44,176 bases of DNA from Tannerella sp. Its GTDB lineage: Bacteria; Bacteroidota; Bacteroidia; Bacteroidales; Tannerellaceae. Where the stretch lies: the NCBI GenBank assembly GCA_031266995.1, contig JAIRZY010000152.1, positions 1 to 44,176 of the forward strand, in the 5' to 3' direction. The notes below the pieces were generated by a model. It had not been told where the DNA came from, ran no database searches, and saw nothing but the letters and a program-made list of their open reading frames with translations. This document shows, piece after piece, positions 18,468-27,087 of this stretch. Numbering within the stretch: the first letter of the stretch is position 1; the number at the start of each line of letters is the position of its first letter. The position numbers and the translations under genes are program-made.

Positions 18468-19325
18468 ATGAAAAAAGACGTACTTGATATACATGATCTC
18501 CGGAAATATACGCCGTTTTTTAAAAGCAGACCGGGTACATTTCTGGCGAAAAGACTATTCCGATGGCTGTCTATCGACAAGGTAAACCGGATTCATGCAA
18601 ATCACTGTCACCTGCAGGGAGCAGCATACACGTCGGCGATGCTATCCGATCCGCTAATGGACGTCAAGTACAGGATTCACAACGAAGAACGTCTGCAAAC
18701 CTTACCCGAAGGCGCGTTTATCACGGTCTCGAACCATCCCGTCGGCTCGCTGGACGGCATTATACTGATCGACATTTTTGCATCGCGACGGCCGGACTTC
18801 AAGGTGATGGTGAACGGCATGCTGACGAAAATCGGCGCCATGGCGGACAATTTCATTTCGGTTACGCCCAGGACAGATGATCAGGACTCGCCGAAAACGA
18901 CCAATGTCAACGGCGTACGCTTGTCGCTGGGGCGCCTGAAAGACGGTCATCCGATGGGTTTCTTTCCCGCGGGCGCCATGTCGTTCATCAACAGGCAGAA
19001 GCAGATTCGCGACCTGCCGTGGTCGCACAGCGTGATTCGCCTGATTAGTAAGGCAAATGTGCCGGTTTATCCCGTTTATTTCGATTGCTGCAACTCCTCG
19101 TTTTTCTATTGGCTGGGTAAGGTAAGCTGGAAAATACGCACCCTGCGCGTGGCCATCGAAGCCTTCAATAAACGCGGTACGACGCTGAACGTCTACATCG
19201 GCGAACCCATCCCGCCCCAAATACTCCGGCAATTTACGGACGACGAAGAACTGGGCGCGTTTCTATATGAGAAGACTTACGGGGTGAAAACGGCTGCGGA
19301 GAAAAAAATGCCCGGTGAGCCGTAA
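18468..19325 (+). CDS. Lysophospholipid/glycerol acyltransferase (PlsC superfamily)
   Basis: SNHPVGSLDG (HX4D) and FFPAG motifs; start set at ATG 18468, after the upstream stop. Confidence 0.85.
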   Translation: MKKDVLDIHDLRKYTPFFKSRPGTFLAKRLFRWLSIDKVNRIHANHCHLQGAAYTSAMLSDPLMDVKYRIHNEERLQTLPEGAFITVSNHPVGSLDGIILIDIFASRRPDFKVMVNGMLTKIGAMADNFISVTPRTDDQDSPKTTNVNGVRLSLGRLKDGHPMGFFPAGAMSFINRQKQIRDLPWSHSVIRLISKANVPVYPVYFDCCNSSFFYWLGKVSWKIRTLRVAIEAFNKRGTTLNVYIGEPIPPQILRQFTDDEELGAFLYEKTYGVKTAAEKKMPGEP

Positions 19326-19388
19326 CCTGTTTTATTGGCGAAAATTGATAAAAACTGCTTTTCATTTCGCCGTTTCCGTAAAAAAACG

Positions 19389-19396
19389 TATTTTTG
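19389..19396 (+). promoter_or_regulatory. -7 box TATTTTTG for dcp
   Basis: TAnnTTTG about 25 nt upstream of the ATG. Confidence 0.5.
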
Positions 19397-19421
19397 ACGC
19401 CATAATTTTTATACATGCGAG

Positions 19422-21545
19422 ATGATGAAAAAAACGATTATTTTTATGGGATTAACATTTCTGGCGGGGGCCTGCAACGTGTCCCCGGACAAGAAAACAG
19501 AGACGACGGGCGACGTGAACCCGTTTCTGACCGAGTACACAACGCCGTTTGGCGTTCCTCCGTTCGACCAGATCACGATTGACGATTACAAGCCTGCCAT
19601 ACTGAACGGTATGGAAGAGCAGAAAAAAGAGGTGGAAGCCATCGTCGGCAATGCGGCCGAACCTGATTTCGAGAACACGATCGTCGCGCTGGATCAGGGC
19701 GGGCGGTTGCTGTCCAAAGTCTACACCGTCTTTTCGGGGCAGAACAGCGCCAACACGTCGGACGAGATGCAGGCGCTCAGCAAGGAACTTTCGCCGCTCA
19801 TGTCGGCGCATCGGGACGACATCTCCCTCAACCCGCAGCTTTTTGCCCGCGTAAAGGCCGTATACGACAAACGCAACGACCTGAACCTGACGAAAGAACA
19901 GGCTAAACTATTGGAAGAAACCTACAAAAGTTTTGTCCGCGGTGGCGCCAATCTGCCCGAAGACAAGCAGGCGCGACTGCGCGAGCTGAACAGCGAAATC
20001 GCCATGCTGCAACTCTCTTTCGGTCAGAACATGCTGAAGGAAACAAACGCATTCCGGCTCGTCATCGACAACAAAGACAACCTTTCCGGACTGCCCGACA
20101 ACCTGATTGCCACTGCGGCGGAAGATGCACGTGCAGCCGGTGAAGAAGGCAAGTGGGTCTTTACGTTACAGAATCCCAGCATCATGCCTTTCCTGCAGTT
20201 CTCCGACAAGCGCGACCTGCGAGAAAAAATCTTCAAAGGATATACCGGCCGGGGCAACAATAACAATGATGCCGACAACAAGGAAATAGTGAAAAAACTC
20301 ATCACCGCCCGCCTCGAGAAGGCGCGCCTGATGGGATACGACAATTTTGCCGCCTTCGTGCTGGACGACCGCATGGCGAAAAATGCCGACAACGTGTACA
20401 AACTGATGCGCGAAGTCTGGACGCCTACACAGGTGAAAGCGAAAGAAGAACTCGCCGACATGCAGGTGATTATGAAGAACGAAGGCGTCGACGGCGAACT
20501 GCAGGGCTGGGACTGGCGCTACTATAACGAGAAGGTAATGAAGGCTCGCTTCGAAATTGATGAAACGGCGATTCGGCCTTACCTGCAACTCGAAAAAGTG
20601 CGCGAAGGACTGTTTTACGTAGCCAACAAACTCTACGGCATCACGTTCACGGAATTGAAAAACCTTCCCAAGCCCCACGAAGACGCGGTAGCCTTCGAAT
20701 GTAAGGACACGGACGGGACACACCTCGGCGTGCTCTATATGGATTATTTCCCGCGTGCAAGCAAGCGCGGCGGGGCATGGTGCGGTTCGTATCGTCAGCA
20801 GACGTACGGGAACGGCAAGCGCGTCGCTCCGATAGTGACCATCGTTTGCAACTTCACCAAGCCGGCGGCAGGCCAGCCGGCATTGCTGAGTGTGGACGAG
20901 GCAACGACCATGTTTCACGAGTTCGGACATGCGTTGCACAGCCTGTTTCGCGACGTTCATTACTATGGCATTGCAGGCGTGCCGCGCGATTTCGTCGAAT
21001 TGCCTTCGCAGGTGATGGAGCACTGGGTGCTCGAACCGGAAGTCCTGAAGGTGTATGCCAAACATTACCTGACGGGCGAAGACATGCCTGCCGAGTTAGT
21101 CAAAAAACTGGACGAGAGCAGCAAATACGGACAGGGCTTCATCACGGCCGAATATGTGCAAGCATCAATTCTGGATATGGACTACCACGTGCTGAACAGT
21201 ATCCCCGCCGATCTGGACATCCTGAAGTTTGAGGCGGAATCAATGAACAGGCTGCAAGCCCTTCCGCAGATTCCGCCCCGCTACCGCTCCACCTATTTCA
21301 ATCACACGATGGGCGGCGGCTATACGGCAGGCTATTATAGCTATATGTGGTCCGAAGTGCTCGACGCCGACGCGTTCGAAGCCTACAAGGAAGCCGGAAA
21401 TATTTTCGACCAGGCGACAGCCCGGCGTTTCCGCGAATACGTTCTCACGCCGGGCGGTATCGACGATGCCATGGTGATGTACAAGAACTTCCGTGGAAAA
21501 GAACCGGACACGACGCCCCTGCTAAAAAACAGAGGCTTGAAATAA
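19422..21545 (+). CDS. dcp: M3 family metallopeptidase (peptidyl-dipeptidase Dcp), lipoprotein
   Basis: HEFGHALH zinc motif, KRGGAW, DFVELPSQ and GYYSYMWSEVLDAD; lipobox LAGAC. Confidence 0.92.
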   Translation: MMKKTIIFMGLTFLAGACNVSPDKKTETTGDVNPFLTEYTTPFGVPPFDQITIDDYKPAILNGMEEQKKEVEAIVGNAAEPDFENTIVALDQGGRLLSKVYTVFSGQNSANTSDEMQALSKELSPLMSAHRDDISLNPQLFARVKAVYDKRNDLNLTKEQAKLLEETYKSFVRGGANLPEDKQARLRELNSEIAMLQLSFGQNMLKETNAFRLVIDNKDNLSGLPDNLIATAAEDARAAGEEGKWVFTLQNPSIMPFLQFSDKRDLREKIFKGYTGRGNNNNDADNKEIVKKLITARLEKARLMGYDNFAAFVLDDRMAKNADNVYKLMREVWTPTQVKAKEELADMQVIMKNEGVDGELQGWDWRYYNEKVMKARFEIDETAIRPYLQLEKVREGLFYVANKLYGITFTELKNLPKPHEDAVAFECKDTDGTHLGVLYMDYFPRASKRGGAWCGSYRQQTYGNGKRVAPIVTIVCNFTKPAAGQPALLSVDEATTMFHEFGHALHSLFRDVHYYGIAGVPRDFVELPSQVMEHWVLEPEVLKVYAKHYLTGEDMPAELVKKLDESSKYGQGFITAEYVQASILDMDYHVLNSIPADLDILKFEAESMNRLQALPQIPPRYRSTYFNHTMGGGYTAGYYSYMWSEVLDADAFEAYKEAGNIFDQATARRFREYVLTPGGIDDAMVMYKNFRGKEPDTTPLLKNRGLK

Positions 21546-21595
21546 TAACACGCGCCTTTTTCCGTTTTCCATACGGAAGAGTGTCGGAAGACATG

Positions 21596-21631
21596 CTGCT
21601 TCCTTCCTTACCGGGAGGAAGCAGTTTTTTT
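21596..21631 (+). terminator. Rho-independent terminator after dcp
   Basis: CTGCTTCCTTCC-TTACC-GGGAGGAAGCAG followed by T7. Confidence 0.85.
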
Positions 21632-21669
21632 CGCCTTCGACGCCTCTTAGCGTTTTTTTATTGAACAAT

Positions 21670-22830
21670 ATGAACAGTCTGTACGACAAACGGCAATATC
21701 TGAAATACCTTTTCCTTATCGCGGCGATGCTCATCGCCGTCGGGTCAGTTGTCGTGTCCAATTCGATGGTCAACAAGCTCGCGACGGAAGAACGCCTGAA
21801 AATGGAAGTCTGGACGGAAGCCTATCGCTTTTTCCTGATGGAAGACACGATTGCCGACCCGACCATGCTTGTGCTTAAAGTCATAGGCGGGAATACGACG
21901 ATACCGATTCTGCTGTACGACGAAGGGAGCGGCCTTGTCGAACCGCGCAATATTGATGTCCCGGAAAAAAGTCAGGACGCCTTTTTCAGGCGAAAAATGC
22001 AGGAGTTTGGCACGCGGCACGAACCCTTCGTCATCGAAGTGGGCAAGAAGCAATACCTTTACTACGACGACTCCATCCTCCTGAAGCGGCTCGAGATGTA
22101 TCCCTACGTGCAGTTGCTGGTGGTGGCGGTCTTCGTCATGATTGCTTTCTTTGCGCTGGCAAGTACGAAGCGCGCCGAGCAAAACAAGGTGTGGGTCGGA
22201 CTGTCGAAAGAGACGGCACATCAATTGGGAACGCCCATCTCGTCGCTGATAGCATGGATAGAATACCTGAAAACGAAAGAAATAGATGCATCATACCTGA
22301 CCGAAATGGAAAAAGACGTGAAGCGGCTCGAGATGATTGTCGACCGCTTCTCGAAAATCGGATCCAATCCCGAACCCCTGCCGCTGAACATCAACCAGGC
22401 CATCCGTTCGGCCTGCGAATATATGGAAGCGCGCATCTCGTCAAAAGTGAAAATGAAACTGGAGCTTGCCGACAGGCCCATATTCACGCTGATGAACGAA
22501 TCGCTGTTTTCGTGGGTCATCGAAAACCTGACCAAAAACGCCGTGGACGCGATGAACGGGCAGGGAAGCATCGCCTATCAGGTCAGCGAAAAAGGGAATA
22601 AAGTGCGGCTCGACATCACGGATACGGGCAAGGGCATACCCAAGTCGAAGTTCGGCGCCATCTTCAATCCGGGCTATACGACCAAAGCGCGCGGCTGGGG
22701 GCTGGGGCTTTCGCTCGTAAAGCGCATCGTCGAATCCTATCCCGGCGGCCGGATATTTGTGAAAAACTCCGAGCCGGGCAAGGGCACCACCTTCCGCATC
22801 GAAATGCGAAAATACCGCAAGGCGCTATAA
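21670..22830 (+). CDS. Membrane sensor histidine kinase (no adjacent response regulator)
   Basis: Two TM helices; ETAHQLGTP H-box; ENLTKNAVDA, DTGKG and GWGLGL ATPase boxes. Confidence 0.9.
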   Translation: MNSLYDKRQYLKYLFLIAAMLIAVGSVVVSNSMVNKLATEERLKMEVWTEAYRFFLMEDTIADPTMLVLKVIGGNTTIPILLYDEGSGLVEPRNIDVPEKSQDAFFRRKMQEFGTRHEPFVIEVGKKQYLYYDDSILLKRLEMYPYVQLLVVAVFVMIAFFALASTKRAEQNKVWVGLSKETAHQLGTPISSLIAWIEYLKTKEIDASYLTEMEKDVKRLEMIVDRFSKIGSNPEPLPLNINQAIRSACEYMEARISSKVKMKLELADRPIFTLMNESLFSWVIENLTKNAVDAMNGQGSIAYQVSEKGNKVRLDITDTGKGIPKSKFGAIFNPGYTTKARGWGLGLSLVKRIVESYPGGRIFVKNSEPGKGTTFRIEMRKYRKAL

Positions 22831-24993
22831 CCGGATCTTGATTCCCGCATTGACGACAAACCCGTCGAGCGGCGCATATATGTCCATGAATACGGGCTGA
22901 CTGACGGTGCCGGTGTAGATGCTCCCGAACCGCGTCTGCCGCGTGTCGGTGAAGTTCTCAAAATTGGCGTAGACAGAGATGCGTTCCCATATTTTTTCAA
23001 TCATCGCCCCGCAAATCCAGAAACTGCGGCCCGTCGTGCCGTCGTTCAGTCGCTGGGAACCGTAGTAATAAGCCTCCAGCCCGATTTTCCAGCTCTCTTC
23101 ACGTTCGTACATCATGACGTTGTTCAGGCGATGCCTGGATGTGAGCGGATTCCGATAGTGCGCGCCGTCCTCCTCCACCGTTGCGTCCGTGAACGTGTAA
23201 CCGACAAAAAGCGTAAAATCATCATAACGGACTTTGACGTTGGTCTCCGCGCCCCGGGTGTCAATCTGTCCGTCGATGTTGCGAAACCGGTATGCCGCCT
23301 CGTCCGGCAGGGCCGTCAGCATGAGCGGGCGGCGAATGGCGGTGTAGAAAAACATCTGATTGACGGACAGAAACACTTCGTCGCCGACAGGCGTCTTCCA
23401 GTCAATATCCGCATTGACGCCGTAACTGCGTTCGAGCGTGTTGAGCCTGCTGTCTATCGGCAGCACGTCCCGGTAGTGTATCCGTTCGCTTTCTTCGGTA
23501 AAGAGCGTAGGCGTCCTGTATCCCAGCCCGCTGCCGATGCGCGACGACCACTTCGGGCCGAGATTGAACAGCGCCGACACGCGCGGCAGAAGCGCAAAAC
23601 CGTATCCCTCCACCCGGTCGCCGCGCAGACCGCTCTCGATGCTTAGCAGGCCGGAGATGCGGGTATTGTTCTGCACGAAAAGCCCGGCCGTCGTCTGCCT
23701 GCTGTCGCGCGGCAGGACGCCGGGGCGTTTCCTTTCCGCAAAGCGGTCCACCCACAGGTTTGCGCCGCCTACCCATTCGGTCTTTTCGGTTGCATACAGA
23801 TAGTTAAGTTCCGAGAAGATGCCGTTCTGACGGCCGTCAAACGTGTAGTCGGGCAGGGTGATGATGCGGTGAAAATAATGATAGCTGTTGCGGAACGCCA
23901 GCCGCGACCGTTCGTTGAACCGGTGAGTGACGGACAGTTGCGCACTGATTCGCTGCGTCCGGTTGTCCTCAAAATAGCCATTGCCCCGTCCCCTGACGTA
24001 CTCCATGTCGCCGCCCAGACGGTCTTCAAACGTAGCGCCGGCGCCCAGCTCTATCGTCGTGCGGTCGCCCGGATACAGGAACAGCCTGGGGTTCACGCTG
24101 TAGCGCTCAAACTTCGGAATGGCGGAAAAGGCAGTCTTCGCCGGGTCGTAGGCCGCATTGCTGTTGCGCGACGCGAAAAGGGTGACACCCGCGTTGTCAA
24201 AGCGCTGAGAATAAAAACCGTTCAGGTCAAGCCCCATTGCGCTCGTGCCGTTGAGGTGAAAGCTCAGTTCCCTTTCGTCGGCCGGCGTTTTTGAAATAAG
24301 ATTCACCATGCCGGCAATCGCCCCTCCACCGTAAAGCGTCGACGTAGAGCCTTTTATTATCTCAACCTGCCGGAGGTCGAGAGGCGGCGTCTGCAGCAGC
24401 CCCAGCCCACTCGCCGCGCCCGAATAAACCGGAAAGCCATCTTTGAGAATCTGCGTATACCGGCCGTCCAGCCCCTGGATGCGTATGGCCGCGTTTGCCG
24501 AAATCGGCGACGTCTGCTGCGTCTGAATACCGGTACTCTCGTTCAGCAACATACGTATGTCGCCGGGCTTCATGTTACCCTTTTCGTCCAGCTCCTCGCC
24601 GCCGATAAATTCCACCCTTGTAGGAATCTTTTCGATCGTACGCGTCCCGCGGGTAGACGCGATGAACACTTCCTCCAGTTCCGACTCCTCGACTTCGAGG
24701 AATATTTCGACCGCGCCGCTGTCTGCCGGAGGAAAAAGAAACACCTTCTCCAGCCTTTCGTAGCCCACGAAAGAAAAGACGACCGTATGCGTCCCGTCGG
24801 GAATATTGCCGATTTCGAGCCATCCCTCCGCGTCCGAAATCGTTCCGTTCGCCGTACCCTTGAGCCAGGCCGAAGCGCCGGCAAGCGCCTCTTTCGTCGC
24901 AGCGTCTCTGACGGTTGCCCTGAACGTATTCTGATTCTGAGCCGGAAGCGTGTTGCACGCAATCAGCGCGATAAACAGTGATATGAACTTCAT
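22825..24993 (-). CDS. TonB-dependent receptor with N-terminal carboxypeptidase-like domain (CirA/FepA-like, no SusD)
   Basis: Plug motifs IRIQGLDGRYTQIL and VEIIKGSTSTLYGGGAIAG; C-terminal beta-strand; start ATG 24993. Confidence 0.9.
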   Translation of the reverse strand: MKFISLFIALIACNTLPAQNQNTFRATVRDAATKEALAGASAWLKGTANGTISDAEGWLEIGNIPDGTHTVVFSFVGYERLEKVFLFPPADSGAVEIFLEVEESELEEVFIASTRGTRTIEKIPTRVEFIGGEELDEKGNMKPGDIRMLLNESTGIQTQQTSPISANAAIRIQGLDGRYTQILKDGFPVYSGAASGLGLLQTPPLDLRQVEIIKGSTSTLYGGGAIAGMVNLISKTPADERELSFHLNGTSAMGLDLNGFYSQRFDNAGVTLFASRNSNAAYDPAKTAFSAIPKFERYSVNPRLFLYPGDRTTIELGAGATFEDRLGGDMEYVRGRGNGYFEDNRTQRISAQLSVTHRFNERSRLAFRNSYHYFHRIITLPDYTFDGRQNGIFSELNYLYATEKTEWVGGANLWVDRFAERKRPGVLPRDSRQTTAGLFVQNNTRISGLLSIESGLRGDRVEGYGFALLPRVSALFNLGPKWSSRIGSGLGYRTPTLFTEESERIHYRDVLPIDSRLNTLERSYGVNADIDWKTPVGDEVFLSVNQMFFYTAIRRPLMLTALPDEAAYRFRNIDGQIDTRGAETNVKVRYDDFTLFVGYTFTDATVEEDGAHYRNPLTSRHRLNNVMMYEREESWKIGLEAYYYGSQRLNDGTTGRSFWICGAMIEKIWERISVYANFENFTDTRQTRFGSIYTGTVSQPVFMDIYAPLDGFVVNAGIKIRL

Positions 24994-25026
24994 TTTATTT
25001 ACTGTTTTGTTTGATTTAACCCGCTG

Positions 25027-25034
25027 CAAAGATA
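25027..25034 (-). promoter_or_regulatory. -7 box TATCTTTG for the TonB receptor
   Basis: TAnnTTTG(CAG) about 34 nt upstream of ATG 24993. Confidence 0.6.
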
Positions 25035-25138
25035 ATACATAATTGTGTACGGCATTATTTCTTGAAATCTATCTGTGCATATTTGAATTGCTTTTCTCAC
25101 GGTTCATGCCTGAAAAAAGTGCACGAAAAGAAGTTTTT

Positions 25139-25542
25139 ATTGCATGTGAAACGAAGACTGTTTCATGTGAAATAGAATCTGTTTCATGTGAAATGAAAGC
25201 TGTTTCATGTGAAATAGAATCTGTTTCATGTGAAATAGAATCTGTTTCATGTGAAATGAAGACTGTTTCATGTGAAATAGCGGCTGTTTCATGTGAAATG
25301 AAGACTGTTTCATGTGAAATGGCGGCTATTTCATGTGAAATGAAGACTGTTTCATGTGAAATGGCGGCTGTTTCATGTGAAATGAAGACTGTTTCATGTG
25401 AAATGAAGACTGTTTCAGGTGAAATAGCGACTGTTTCATGTGAAATAGCGGCTGTTTCATGTGAAATGAAGGCTGTTTCATGTGAAATATTAGTTACTTT
25501 ATATTAAATGAAAATTGTTTCATGTGAAATTTATGCTGTTTC
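25139..25542. repeat. 21-bp tandem array: 17 consecutive units, one decayed unit, then one more copy; core (T)GTTTCATGTGAAAT
   Basis: Read directly; near-invariant 14-bp near-palindromic core with 7-bp variable linkers (GAAGACT, AGAATCT, GAAAGCT, AGCGGCT, GGCGGCT, AGCGACT, GAAGGCT). Confidence 0.95.
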
Positions 25543-25736
25543 TCCCCATTTTTTTTGCAATATTCGCCTGCCGGTAAGGAATATAAGCAAAGATGCCGGA
25601 AAGGCTTGCGCGGTTACTGATGGGGCCTGTATGAGACAGGACGTTCGACCCGTCTCATTCTCTCATTGACATACTGCCTCATTTGCCAATTCTCTCCTTC
25701 TCTCATTGCGTCCCGTCGGCACAATACTCTATGAAC

Positions 25737-25768
25737 CGCTCGGCACAGTCTGGAGAGTGCGCCGAGCG
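25737..25768. repeat. Hairpin repeat (GGCACAGTCTGGAGACTGTGCC family), copy 1 of 3
   Basis: Related copies at 33677-33709 and 34599-34628. Confidence 0.75.
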
Positions 25769-25771
25769 CTG

Positions 25772-25806
25772 TTTTGAATCTTAAATTTTGAATCTTGAAT
25801 TTTAAA
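25772..25806. repeat. Heptamer tandem tract (TTTTGAA/TCTTGAA/TCTTAAA)
   Basis: The same tract recurs at 34930-34966 and 38753-38784. Confidence 0.8.
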
Positions 25807-25817
25807 GCCGGGCAGAA

Positions 25818-25847
25818 TGTAGAGACGCGATGCATCGCGTCTCTACA
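25818..25847. repeat. GTAG-type REP palindrome
   Basis: Perfect 30-bp palindrome TGTAGAGACGCGATGCATCGCGTCTCTACA; further copies at 33624, 34546 and 34727. Confidence 0.9.
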
Positions 25848-25983
25848 AAATCCCCCACCGTCCCCACCGTTCCCGTCGTCTCCAATGTCCCCACCGCCCC
25901 CGCACAAGCCGGACATGAAATACATTAGGATCATTTAACGCTCCCACTTACGTAGACAGTGGGCGGCAAGCTGTCTTCACAGC

Positions 25984-27039
25984 ATGACGGAATATCAAAA
26001 CGAAGAAATGGACATGGACGTGGCGCTGCTGACGCGATACCTGAACGGCAAGTGCAGTGCGGCGGAGATCGTGGAGGTCGACAGATGGGTCGCGGCCGAC
26101 GGGCGACATGCCGAATGGCTGTTCGGGATGGAGCGGATATGGGCGCTGAGAGACGGACAGCGGTTCGCAGACCCGCAGAGTGTGGACGAAGCGTTCGGAC
26201 GCCTCTGGACGCGCCTTCACCGCCGGGACGGTGTGGCGGATGCACGTCCGGCGCGCAGGGCCGTGCCGTGGCAGACGGCGCTGAAGTATGCCGCCGCCGC
26301 GGTCATCGTCGTGCTGCTGTCCGTCAACCTGTTCCATCTGACAAAGGGCGCGGCGGACGGCGGCGGCGAGAACGTCATCGAAGTTCCCCGCGGACAGCGC
26401 ATCGCCCTCACGCTGCCCGACGCCACGCGCGTGTGGCTCAACTCCGGGTCGACCCTCTCCTACCCCTCCCGCTTCCCGGCCGGTGGCCGGACAGTGAAGC
26501 TGAGCGGCGAGGGATTCTTTGAGGTCGCGAAGAGCGGCTCGCGACCCTTCACGGTCGAATCGTCGACGCTGAACGTGAAGGTGCTGGGCACGAAGTTCGA
26601 CATGAAGACCTATCCGCACGAGAACGCATCGGTCACGCTCGCCGAGGGAGCGGTCGAGGTGTCGACCGTCAACGGCAAATATACGGTCACGCTCGCGCCC
26701 AGCCAGCAGGCCGTCTATTCGGAAACGTCGGGCCTGACGCTGCGCAGCGATGCCGACGCCGACCTGGCGCGGTCGTGGACGGCGGGCGAGCTGAGCTTTC
26801 ACGAGCAGACGCTGACCGCCATCGCCGTCGACCTCGAGCGGCGCTTCGACGTCAGCATACGCATCGACGGCGAGGGGCTGGCCGAAGACCGCTTCACGTG
26901 CCGCTTCGCAAGCGGCGCAACCGTCGAACAGATCATGACCAATCTGAGGGACACGAAACGGATGAACTACAGAATCGACGGACGGACAATCGACATCATC
27001 CCCTATGAAAGCCGACCGGTACGGAGAGCTGTAAGATGA
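25984..27039 (+). CDS. FecR family anti-sigma factor / transmembrane sensor
   Basis: LLTRYLNG N-terminal helix, TM segment, LPDATRVWLNSGS, L.GEGFFEV and VLGTKF motifs. Confidence 0.92.
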   Translation: MTEYQNEEMDMDVALLTRYLNGKCSAAEIVEVDRWVAADGRHAEWLFGMERIWALRDGQRFADPQSVDEAFGRLWTRLHRRDGVADARPARRAVPWQTALKYAAAAVIVVLLSVNLFHLTKGAADGGGENVIEVPRGQRIALTLPDATRVWLNSGSTLSYPSRFPAGGRTVKLSGEGFFEVAKSGSRPFTVESSTLNVKVLGTKFDMKTYPHENASVTLAEGAVEVSTVNGKYTVTLAPSQQAVYSETSGLTLRSDADADLARSWTAGELSFHEQTLTAIAVDLERRFDVSIRIDGEGLAEDRFTCRFASGATVEQIMTNLRDTKRMNYRIDGRTIDIIPYESRPVRRAVR

Positions 27040-27087
27040 AAGATAATCTGTATATAATATGTATCACAAATTTAAAAACGTAGAATT

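Noticed and set aside
21670-22830. Orphan histidine kinase overlapping the convergent TonB receptor stop by 6 bp
   Set aside because: Orphan kinases and short convergent overlaps are common; nothing links the two genes functionally
24994-25140. Possible cobalamin or TPP riboswitch upstream of the TonB receptor
   Set aside because: The promoter box is only about 34 nt from the start codon and no riboswitch consensus motifs are visible
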